Shown piece by piece: positions 39,505 through 52,021 of a DNA stretch of 64,000 nucleotides (the stretch's first letter is position 1; every line of letters starts with the position of its first letter). The DNA is from Octopus sinensis. Lineage: Eukaryota. The notes under the pieces are model-generated. The model was not told the origin of the DNA. It did no database searches and saw only the letters and a program-made list of their open reading frames with translations. The stretch is from contig NC_043000.1 of NCBI RefSeq assembly GCF_006345805.1, positions 26,846,001 through 26,910,000 on the forward strand, in the 5' to 3' direction. The translations under genes were made by a program, and so were the position numbers.

Positions 39505-39680
39505 TGTTTGTTTCCCGTCACCGCCTGACAACCGGTGTTGGTGTGTTTACCTCCCCGTAACATAGGGATCTGGCAAAACAGACTGATAGAATATGTACTA
39601 GTTCTGGCGTCGATTTGTTCGATTAAATCCCCTCCAGCCAGTGCTCCAGCGTGGCCTCAGTCAAACGATTAAAACAGATA
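39505..39680 (+). mobile_element. SINE family A tail only
   Basis: ctgtgtttgtttccc...gacaaccggtgttggtgtgtttac...gatagaatatgtactag...gtgctccagcgtggcc matches the family A tail. Confidence 0.75.
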
Positions 39681-39986
39681 AAAAACATAAAAGAATATAT
39701 GTATATACAAATATATACACACACACAAACACATACGCACACACGCGCGCACACACACACACACACATACACACATATCGGGTTTTGTATTTGGCTTGCC
39801 AGATTCTTTATGTGAGTGCGTGTGTTGAAGTACATTCTGTTGTGTCTGGTAGAGTCGCAACAACATTTTTAGAAAAATAAAAAAAGAAATAAGTGGAAAT
39901 TTTACCGGTGTGTGTGTTAAATTATAAGTCACTAAAAGAGGATGACTTTTCCCAGACACAACATATATATATATATATATAATATA

Positions 39987-40106
<120 letters not shown>

Positions 40107-40505
40107 ATATATATGTGTATATATAAGCGTTTGCTTGTATTTGTCTGTGTATCCAGTTACATACGCCTGTAATACAATGTATCCCTGCATTATGATTCAA
40201 AATGTTACATGCTTATCTCTCCACTATGAAGATGGAGGCCGGATCTACCTAATGTTTATATGCTTCCAGTATTGGTTGCAAGTCCTTGACTTTATGCCAG
40301 GTACGTCTGCTCACATTTTGAAGTACCTTATAGTCTCCAGAAACAGCTGTCAGACCTGTAATACCATACCTTTCCCCCTTAATTTTCTCTGTCTTTCTAA
40401 TCTTTGTTATATATATTTTGTATATCTAGCCCGAGATGTTTTATCTGTTTATTTGCATTATCATCCCAGCCTCTCAATCTGTCTCTCTGTCCTTGTATAC
40501 ATACA

Positions 40506-40537
<32 letters not shown>

Positions 40538-40545
40538 CGCATACA

Positions 40546-40616
<71 letters not shown>

Positions 40617-40720
40617 ACACACACATATACACACTCACGCACACAGACAAAGACACTGACATACACACATGCATTTATATGTATATGTTGGTATGCTTGT
40701 ATGTATATGTATATATATAT

Positions 40721-40889
40721 ATATATGAAAGAATGTTTGAAAATGCAATTTAAAAATGTTTATTCACTTGACCGGTTTCACTTTTTTTTAGAAAAAGTTA
40801 CTTTTCACAAACTTTTTTTTAAAAAAGTGAAACCGGTCAAGTGAATAAACATCTTTAAAATTGCATTTTCAAACCTTCTTTCATATATA
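40721..40889. repeat. Inverted repeat with arms of about 70 bp containing the hammerhead 3'-half motif GAAA-CCGG-TC
   Basis: Arms 40721-40790 and 40820-40889 are near-perfect reverse complements; gtGAAACCGGTCaagtg occurs in both orientations. Confidence 0.8.
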
Positions 40890-41828
40890 TTTCCACTCGT
40901 GCAGTATCTTACAACTCTTATATATATATATATATATACACATGCGTATGACATATAAACCGTTCATGTTTTGTTTCAAACAATTGCATGCGTTAGAGAA
41001 GGTAAGCAAGCAGTCGAGGAAATACCATACTTATTGGAATTTTGGATTATTTCCTGTTTTCTTTTACTGAGAAAGATTAACCTGAAGTCTCTTAGGTGAA
41101 ATATTAGTTTCTCCGTCTTCATCTGTCGTTCGAATGCTAACATTACATTCAGGTGGTGTGAAAAAAAATCCGCCATCACGAGAAGCAAAATAATACAACA
41201 CACTTTTGTTAAAATTGATGTATATTAATTCATTAAAACATCGAATCCCAGAGCAAAGTTTGTAAGGTTAGATCTCAGCTCCTAGCTAAGCTCGGCTAAT
41301 CCAATCATTTCACAGCGTTTAATGAGGTTAAGCTAAAAAACGCTGTCAGAAATATCATTCCAAGACTACGGCTGGACTTTTATAAATTCTCGTGTAAAGT
41401 TACAATCCATCTTACACTGTGATTGTAGTAATTGAAGTCACAATAATTTATCACTTTAGGGTCTATCAAAAATGATGGATTATCCTCGGTGGCAAAGTTG
41501 TTCGTCTTCGAAAAAGATCACACATATACACAAACACATACAAATAGACACACACACACCCACACACATACACACACATACATGCACCATTATATATGTA
41601 TATATAGATATATATATACATGCAAATATACAGACATGAACTCTTGCACATACATACTTTTGTACGTGATTTAACACATACGCGCACACATGAGTATGTG
41701 AGTATATATACATGTAGAACCAAACTCACATTTGTACTTCACAACTTATACAGGATTTAACAGGCAAAAATGCACATGTACACAAGCGCGTATATATATA
41801 TGTGTGTATTTATATATATATATTATAT

Positions 41829-41884
<56 letters not shown>

Positions 41885-43844
41885 TACATATGAATGTATC
41901 CGTACATTATCACGATCACAATATAACGCACTTATTAATAAACACACGCACACACAAGCTCATACAATTATATATTCAAATGCACTTCAGCAATTTGATA
42001 TGGTAACATTCGATACACCTTGAAAATACATAAATAAAAGTGTGTCAATCTACACATTAATATGCAAGGCGAGAAAACCCATGCTCAATGTTCGTGGAAA
42101 GCGAATGTAGAAATATAAGACTCTATAGTGTCACCACCAAAAGCTATATAAGATTTCGAACAGCTTTGCAACAAAGCATCGTATTTGCTATACCATTTTC
42201 TAAATCGTTTTGACAGCATTTTCCTGTGTATCAGCGAGTGAATAGGGAAGAACTAGTGTCATGCTGGTGCTACTGCTGCTGCTGTTATTACTAACCAAAA
42301 GCATTCCCACTGCTTAAGTAAGAACTTACCTGTAATCAATAAATGCTTGCAAAAGAGATTAGAAGATTTGTTGTGTGACAGATTTTGGCAGAATATAGAT
42401 GTTGACATAATAAATATTAATACTTTATATGTTACTATTGGTCTCTGTGTTTTGAAATTAAGAACACTTCATTAAATAGCAAGTATTGTAGCAATATTAA
42501 GCATTTCAAAATTTCATATAACGATTGGTCCCAACTTTCATTGAGAAAAACAACATATGAACAGCGTAGATCTTACCATATTTTCTCCCACTTTCATTTT
42601 CTCGTCTTAATTTCTGAACATTTTGTGCCATTAATTTATATTTTAAGCTATATTATTGGCTTTATACATTTATTTGCTCTCCGGTGTTAGTTTTTTTAGA
42701 GTCCGATTTCTCTCCATTATTCAGATTCAATTTTTCGCTCTCCCAGCCTCTCTGTCTCCAAATTTCTTTGCTCCTTCATTTGAGTTACTTCTACATTTCC
42801 CTTCACTTCTACTACATCTTCTCCTCATGTATTTATCTTGTTTTCTTTTAATTTGCATCTTTTTATATTTCCTTTCTCTTCCATTTGCTCATTTCCCACT
42901 TTATTCTCGTATTTCATTTCCATTTTTATCTAACTTTTATATTAACTTTGCTTTCTTTTCTCGACACTAACCTGCTTTTCACATATGTCCATTATGCACA
43001 CAACACATTCATTCCATTTTCTCTCTTTCACTCCACCACACTTTATATATGTTTCTTTTCATTTTCGTCACTTCAGTACTTCCAACTGCCATTGCACCTT
43101 TTTCTCTCTGTTCCTTTTCGTTTTCACGAAACTCACAATAAGTATAGCTATTCTGTTTTTATATTTAATATTTCTTTGTCTCGTAAAATAGCCAAACTTT
43201 TGGCATACGGATATCAGGAAATGTACCTGTCAATGATGGTGCTCTTCCATGTTCTGGTTGAAAGGTTTTACTTCGTTTACACCTGCCACAAATCTAGTCA
43301 TAGAATCATTGCTTTTACATTCCCTGGGTGTATGCAACAGTGTATTAGTTTTTAATATTATCGCTTTATTTGCGGTCGCTATGATTGTCTCTTTCTCTGA
43401 GTACCATGCTCAAGAGAGAGACAGTACCAGTTGCACATCCTCAGATATAAATAATTTCCATAGAAAATGTACTCGAAATGTGAATGACTGAGAATTAAAT
43501 CGACGAAGAAGGTAATAGTTACAAAAACCCTGTTTTATTAAAAGGGAGTATAGGTGGTGTTTGTTGATCAAAAAATATGAAGGATGATCATGTTTGAGCG
43601 GATGGAGAAAAAGGTAATAAACGTCTAAAGATAAGGTTGAGAAATCTATAGCAACAGACGAGAGAAAAGCTGAGATGGAAGCAACATCTAGTGCGAATTA
43701 TTTATTTAACAAATGGAAAGAACGTATGACTTGTTTAACTGAAATACAGATAACATGAAAACATATTACATCGTTCGTATGCAAAACAGACTGTGAAAAC
43801 GAAAGCATTAAGGGGAATTAAAAGGAAATATCAGATATGTGTGT

Positions 43845-43895
<51 letters not shown>

Positions 43896-45016
43896 AAAAA
43901 ATCCAAACAGTTATTGAGTGCAACACATGTTTCGGAAATGATTTGCATAAAAGACAATACGTTGGCGTTGTTTATAATAGCATAAACATAGGAAGATAGA
44001 TATAATTATATAAAATCCAACCTGAGATAAAAGAGAATTGGTACCGTAGTGGTGATCAAAGAGAATTACTTACATCGGTGTTTTGAATATTATATACGAA
44101 GAAGTATAACTATCAGAATAATAGGTTGATTGAAGAAGGTGGTATTAGGAAAAGTGTATGTATTTTGAATAAGTGTTATAAAAATTTACTCGAAACCGAG
44201 AAATCATTATCAGAATTGTAGACATATGAGAATCTCTTATTATAAAAGGCAGATTTTATCTGCCTCCCTTTGTCAGTAATAGAAATCTACAATATAGGAT
44301 TTCTTCAATTACAATTTACCTAGCATTTTTAAGAGTAGAATGCATCGGGTCATGCCAGGTCCAGTTTTTAAAATTTAAACTCCAATTAAGCAAAATTTAC
44401 AGAAAACTCACATTCTGGTGTGTATGTCAAATGCTTTTCTTAATGTGGTTTACACCACACGCACACGCACACACACAGTGTGCAACGAATAAAGTGAAAG
44501 TAATTCACTGTGTGTGTGTTGACAGGTAGACAATAGAATGCGATGGCGATGGCGATGGCGATGTAATATTTGTTTCTGTCTATCACGCTGATAGATACAT
44601 GAGTAAAATGTATGGCAAGCTAAGAGATAAGAGTGAGTGAAAATGTTCTTGGAAGAGAGTAAATAGCGACAGAGTGATTTGAGGAAGACTAAACTGAAAG
44701 TATTTCTATAAAACGGATCACTCATGCTAGCAACATAATTTCTCCCACTTTTTCTTTGCAAGTGTACCTTAAACCACTACTCAAAAAATAAAAAAAAACA
44801 CAGCAAACAGAAACAAATAAATACATAACGATTTACTCCTCACACAATTTCTTCAATTAGAGTTTACCTAAGATTTTTCAAAGTACTCCATTCGGTCATG
44901 CCATAAATTTCTTTCAATTTCACCCCCAATTAAGACAAAATTCGAGAAAACTCAATATTTTAACATTTCACTCCGAAAGCATTGATGTACATGTGTGCGT
45001 GCGTGAGTGTGTGTGT

Positions 45017-45050
<34 letters not shown>

Positions 45051-46167
45051 ATGGGTGTGCGACACAGAAAGTGTGTTGTAAGTGAAGTGCTTTTGTTAGT
45101 GTGTGTAAAGAGACAGAGAGAGTGAAAGACAGAAATAACTGAACTTTTTTTATTCACTTTTTGTAGTGAGTGACTGAGAGAGAAAAGAGAGAGAGAGGTT
45201 ATGTATGTATATATGTATGTATGGCTTCAGTGACACACACACGCAAAAACACATACCTACGTACACCTAAAGCACGCACACACACACACACACAAGCGGA
45301 GCGCGAACTTCAAAATTTTGGTAGTATTAATTTGCGAGCGTACTTCTAAGCGCGCGTAATTGAAAGTTTTCACTATGATATCATCACGTGCGAAAAAATT
45401 CGAAGGGTTTTGAACAATTGAGATACAGATGTCACGCCTGTATTGAAACCATTGCTAAGCTGCCGTAATTGCTTAATTAAGACTTTGTTTAAATTGAAAG
45501 GGGCAAATATGTGACGAGGTTGAAAAAAATACCCCAGGAAAAAAAATGTGCTGCTGGTATTTATATAATACACTACTATTTTGCTACAATGTCATGAAAA
45601 AGAAAAAAATTAAGGTATGTATAACATATATTATACATTTTTTTGTATTCATTCAATTCATTCAACGAAAATAAAAAATCGAATTCGCCACCCCCTTTTC
45701 CCCGTTCGCGTTTGTGTAAAAAAAATTATTATTTAAGTTTTTAAAATTATTTACTTTGTTAAAAAAATATTAATATTAATTAATTTTCAAGAATTATTTA
45801 ATTTTATTCTGTAAAATAGTAATTAATTCATTTATCTGTAAATCCGCGAGGTTGTTACTCAGGCACCTAGAAATAGCAGCCAGATTTTTATATTGTAAAT
45901 AATTTGCAATTTCAAAAAATATATTAATTTTGCGTTATTTAATTTGATAAATTCTACGGAATAATTTTGCGCGTTATATACGTTCGCGTTTCTGTAAAAA
46001 AAAGTAATTATTTAAGGGCGATCGAGTATCGAGTACCTACGTCTGGCTCGCACGCGCGAATCCGCGTGTGCGCAACCGGGACCACTCTGCGATACAAGTA
46101 CCCATATATACATCCATACATACATGTGTGTGTGTGTCTATGTATGTGTATTAATGTGTGTGTGTTA

Positions 46168-46525
46168 TCTCTATATAAAGCTAAAGTTGTCTGTGTGCGC
46201 CACGTTTGGTAACCTTCAACTAACACTATCTCCTCCGAGACCCTGCGGCGCAAGTTGACCAAAATTGAGAGTATGGTAGAAGAAGGGTTGCTCTTCCTTC
46301 CGTAGAACATAAAATTCAAATCGGACCATGTTAACACCAAGAATTATTTATATCAAAAAGATGCTTTTTTCTATGAAAATCCCTATCTTTTACGATTTTT
46401 TCACAGCTGTATCGCCACTTTTCGGTGTATTTCGACCAGAAAAATGTTCACAAAATTTTTACTTTTCAAAATTACAATTCCAGCGGGTCGAAACAAACCC
46501 GAGCAACGCCGGGCGATACTGCTAG
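46168..46525 (+). mobile_element. Non-autonomous Helitron (358 bp)
   Basis: Inserted between A and T. Starts TCTCTATATAAAG and ends with the hairpin CCCGAGCAACGCCGGG (46498-46513) followed by CTAG (46522-46525). No TSD. Confidence 0.8.
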
Positions 46526-46761
46526 TACTAGATAATATGTAATAGAATTGAAAATATATGGCAGAATGTATAAACATGGAAATGCCCTGCGTGTAATGGT
46601 TGGTTATTGAGAGTTATTTGGTAAGAGAGATATTGAAGAAGTATGTCAGTAGATACTTAATGGTTACTAGTTTAGACAAAAAGTGGCAAACATTTCCCAA
46701 AGGAGACGATATCATCGACCCCTGTATCCTGACAGGTATTTTATTTAATTATTATACTATA

Positions 46762-46938
46762 GGCGTAGGAGTGACTGTGTGGTAAGTATCTTGCTTACGA
46801 ACCACATGGTTTCGGGTTCATACTCACTGCGTAGCACTTTGGGCGAGTGCCTTCTACTATAGCCTCGGGCCGACCAAAGCCTTGTGAGTGGATTTGGTAG
46901 ACGGAAACTGAAAGAATCCCGTTGTATCGTTATATATA

Positions 46939-46979
<41 letters not shown>

Positions 46980-47244
46980 TATATATATATATATACATAT
47001 ACATATCTATGTGTGTGTACATGTTTGTGTGTCTGTGTTTGTCCCCCTACCATCACTTGAAAACCGATGGTGGTGTGTTTACGTACTCGCAACTTGGCGG
47101 TTCAGCACAACAGACCGATAGAATAAGTACTAAGCATCCAAACAATAAGTCCTGGGGTCGAGCTGCTCGACCAAAGGTGGTGCTCCAGCGTGGCCACAGT
47201 CAAATGACTGAAACAAGTAAAAGAGTAAAAGAGTAAAAAAGAGT
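46762..47244 (+). mobile_element. SINE family A, complete
   Basis: Head, (TA)n 46930-47015, tail ending (taaaagag)n. Confidence 0.9.
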
Positions 47245-47691
47245 AACTCCGGAAAGGCAAAGATGGCCTGGGCGAGAATTGAACTTAGATTGCAGATAAT
47301 CGGAACAAATACCGACTCAACCAATTCACCACTTTTGTCAACAGATTCATAATACTGCGTGGTTCTTCCAGAGGGAATCGAGATCCGGTTCATATTCTGT
47401 TGTCACGATGGTCGAACAGCATGTTCGTAGTGTTAAATATTTTCAGTGAACGCATAAGATGTTAGTAAGTATCACAAATGAAAACAGAATAAAGAGGGCG
47501 CTTCTTCGTGCTCGCTTGATTGCCAACAAATATGACCGACCTTCTCCAAACTACACCCTGCCGATGTTAGCCACGAAGTGCCCCTTTACTAATATTAGTC
47601 ATAAACATGCCATCAAGGGAACCGAAGTGGTATCATGAGAATTTAAATGCTTTTGATTATATATCTGTTGGTGCACATTTATAATATTTAT

Positions 47692-47797
47692 GATGATGAT
47701 GGTGATATTCATCATCACCTTCCTCGCCATCATCATCAGCATCATCACCTTCCTCGCCATCATCATCAGCATCATCACCACCATCACCATCACCACC

Positions 47798-47831
<34 letters not shown>

Positions 47832-48075
47832 TCATCGTCATCATCACCACCATCACCACCATCACCTCCATCACCATATCACCATCATTATCATCATCAT
47901 CACCATCCCTATCACCATCATCATCACCATCACCATTACCATCATCACCATCACTATCATTACCATCACCATCATCACCACCACCACCACCATCATCATC
48001 AGCATCATTATCATTATCATCATCATCATCAGCAGCAGCTGCAGCAGCAGAAGCAGCAGCAACAACGACAGCATC
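47692..48075. repeat. Compound (CAT)n/(CAC)n/(CAG)n tract with an internal duplication of about 30 bp
   Basis: Direct reading; catcatcaccttcctcgccatcatcatcag occurs twice near 47710-47770. Confidence 0.92.
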
Positions 48076-48567
48076 ATTAGAATATACATCAAACGAGACT
48101 ATGACCATCACTGGTTGATGAACTGATGCTGATTTAGGGATTATTCAAATTGTGAAATGAGGTTTCTATTAGTTTAATTACTCAATTTCAAATCCTCTAA
48201 GACAAGAACAAAATGAAATTTTAAAAAAAGCGTTACATCTTGAAATCTATCAGAGTTCCATAACTTTACATACATTGACGAACACTATTTTAGAGCATAA
48301 ACATGTATTTGTAACCTATATTAACTGCATATGTTTGTCATCGATTCTCTGAAACAGCTGTAAAGGATATCTTTAATTTTCTTTTCTTATCTATTGTATT
48401 TTCGTCTATAAAATCTTCAGATATCTCTCTAGTTACGAAGAACTACCATGGAATATCTTCCTGTCTTCCTGTTTTCGCTTTGATTAAATTTAGACGCTTA
48501 TATATATCTAACGTGTTCATAAATGTTTTGATGTCACAAACAACTGCTTGTCCATCGTTTATCTTAT

Positions 48568-48612
<45 letters not shown>

Positions 48613-49261
48613 CATAAGGATACATGAATATGCACACACACACACACACACCTGTATTACACTCTTAGACTATAGTGTGTTGGTGATTCATTCTGTTCTC
48701 AGAGCCTTACAGCGTGTATCTAACAGAATAATGTTAGCGTAATGATATAGAATACTAAGATTATGGAAATATGAAAAATAGTTTTTCCCCAAGATGCCAC
48801 AATTGTTTGACTGTATGGAAATAAAGCTTAGGGGGCAAGTTTCTTTGCTTACATTTCCAGACAAGATTTTAGCATAAATTTATGCTAGAATTTTGCTTCT
48901 AGTTGAAGCCACGATATTGTTTATAAGTGGCAGATAACAAGAAACAATAAATAAGATATGTCTCTTTAGACAGTCAAACTAATTCTCAATATATCAATTT
49001 GAAGAAAAGTGAAATTTACACAAGGCTACAGTGCAACAAAAAGAAAAAGAAAACACTTGCCCGCTCTCCATCTCTCTCCCTCTCTCTCTCTCTCTCTCCT
49101 TCTTTCTGTTTGTCTCTGTCTGTCGCTGACTTTCTCTCGCTCTCTCTCTCTCTGTCTTAGGCTCTGTCTCTTAGACATAGATACACGCCCGCCCGCCCGC
49201 ACATGCACAACTATTTATATAAGCAAATACATACGCATATATATGTGCATGTATATATGTG

Positions 49262-49311
<50 letters not shown>

Positions 49312-49513
49312 CATAGTTATGCATACATACCAATGTATATATATATATATTCATATACAAGCATACCCCCCACCATATATTTATGGAGAAGAATGTGTGT
49401 CTATTTCGGATGTATGAACTACTGAAGAAATATAGGCATACATACATACGTATATATATATATACATACACAGATACATATATATATATATAAACACATA
49501 TATGTATGTATGC

Positions 49514-49588
<75 letters not shown>

Positions 49589-49599
49589 AGAGAGAAAGT

Positions 49600-49646
<47 letters not shown>

Positions 49647-50947
49647 TACGCGTATACCTACTTCCAAACAGACACATGTGCTTACATAAGTATGTATACA
49701 AGCAATGCACATGCGCATTGTTAATATGAAGATCGTGAAAAATTCTCTCATACAGCCAGGTCCATTGAGGAATAAAAGACATTAATAATACTGGCAGAAA
49801 AATCTACGGGGAGTTCTTCTTTGCACACATATACCAGGCTGTTGAAAACGGTGTTCTTTGTTTTGCAACGCCATCTTATCAATCAGCATATTCTACGGTC
49901 TTTTATTCACTTAATGTCTAGTGCTTTCCCCTCTCCATTTGATAAAGTCCTAATCCTTCCCCCCTTTTCAATCACTTACTCAACGCATTTTCTTATTCAA
50001 ACCTCCTTATTGTGGAAACAGATCTGTTTCTTCCTAGTCCGTTTACTTTTTCCATATATCTATAAAACTTTCAATTCCGCCTCCATTCAAGTGATCTGGT
50101 GTAATTATGCGATTTCAGTCTCATTTTTGTATTATATTCGTACGAATTGTTGTCTGTATTATTGATGTTTTCTGAAAGATGGCTTCTACATTTTGTCTTT
50201 GTTTCTCGGTCCTCTTGTTACTTCGATATCGAAGAACCGCCTTCTTAAAGCTGGCAGAGACTAAGAAGAATATTCTAATAGTAGTAATGTAAGTATACAG
50301 GAAAAAAGAAAGGAGGATGAAATACAGATATATAGAGATATATTTCACACATAGGAAAGAACAATAATCAAAAATTGATTGAAGCAGTGTAAAGTATAAC
50401 AAATATGCAAAACTAAACATAAGTAACAATAGAAATTGAATGAAATATCCTTTATCTATGTAATCTATGACGTATGGAACCTATTGAAGCATACGTGTAT
50501 CAACAGAGGCTTGAAAACTACTCATGAGTGCGCCACACGTTCAGTACGAAATACATACAGACACGCACATAATATAAAAAAAGAGGTAAGACAAAAAAAA
50601 TAGGTATCAGTTTTAAGGATTAGTATTTAAACTCAGGTATAATTATATACATTATATACTCACAACGTTGATAAATTCACTGTCACTGTAGTTATGTTTG
50701 CAAAAAGAGAAAGCCAAGATAAAACAAAACACAAGAGCTAACCACTGCAACAGAGATTTTAAATCGATTATTGGCGTAAATTAGATAGTTAGACTGTTCA
50801 TTATCAGATTCCTTCAGCGATTTGCATAATCCATATGCGATCGTAAGTGAGCAAAATATGCATGCCGGATTTATGTATGTATATATTTATTTATGCAGGT
50901 ATGTGTATACATACATACATACATATATATATATATAATATATATAT

Positions 50948-50980
<33 letters not shown>

Positions 50981-51001
50981 TATATATATATATATATATA
51001 G

Positions 51002-51051
<50 letters not shown>

Positions 51052-51543
51052 GTAGTTATATATATATATATATATATAATATATATATAGATATGTATTA
51101 TTATGACTTATATATTATATATATTATATACATGTGTGCATATATATATAGCGTAGTATATTTTACACACTCACACATGCACATACATACACATATTAGA
51201 TATAGATATGATTTCATGTATGCCCGTGTATCAGTGCATGTATACTTGTATTTAATCATATACAAATATACATACATACATATACATATACACACACACA
51301 TATATATATATACGTGTATATGTATGTATATATATAAATATATATATATATGTACACACACATATTTCCATATAGATACAAGTACATACATCTATATATA
51401 TATACAGATACTCACACATACACACATATATACATATATTTATACATACACAAACATATTTATAAGCGTGTATGTATATATGGATGCGTTTGTGTCTAAG
51501 CGTGTATGCATCTCCCTCTCTCTCTCTCTCTCTCTCTGTATGC

Positions 51544-51578
<35 letters not shown>

Positions 51579-51950
51579 CACAGAGAGTGAGATAGACAGA
51601 GAGAGAGAGAGAGAGGGAGAGGGAGAGAGATACGATGGCAAAAAGATATAAATTTAGCTAAACATATACAAACACACCCCAAAACATTTATTTTATATAT
51701 TTATATATTTCTATAAATCCGTGGGTGTGTGTGATAGGGCTTGTACTCATATATATATATATATATATATATCATATACACTCATATTTACACCCGCTTA
51801 TATATCTGTATGTGTTTTGTGCGTCTATGTACACTTATATTTCCATGCACAAACACATACGCAACGTATACACCTAACAGAAACTTAATTGAGGGACACT
51901 GTATCTATATAAGTATGTATATACACACATACATATGTATGTATTTATGC

Positions 51951-52021
<71 letters not shown>

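Noticed and set aside
43918-43940. Minus-strand GAAA-CATG-TG motif
   Set aside because: No upstream CUGANGA/UUGANAA core, and the triplet would end in G, which is not cleavable.
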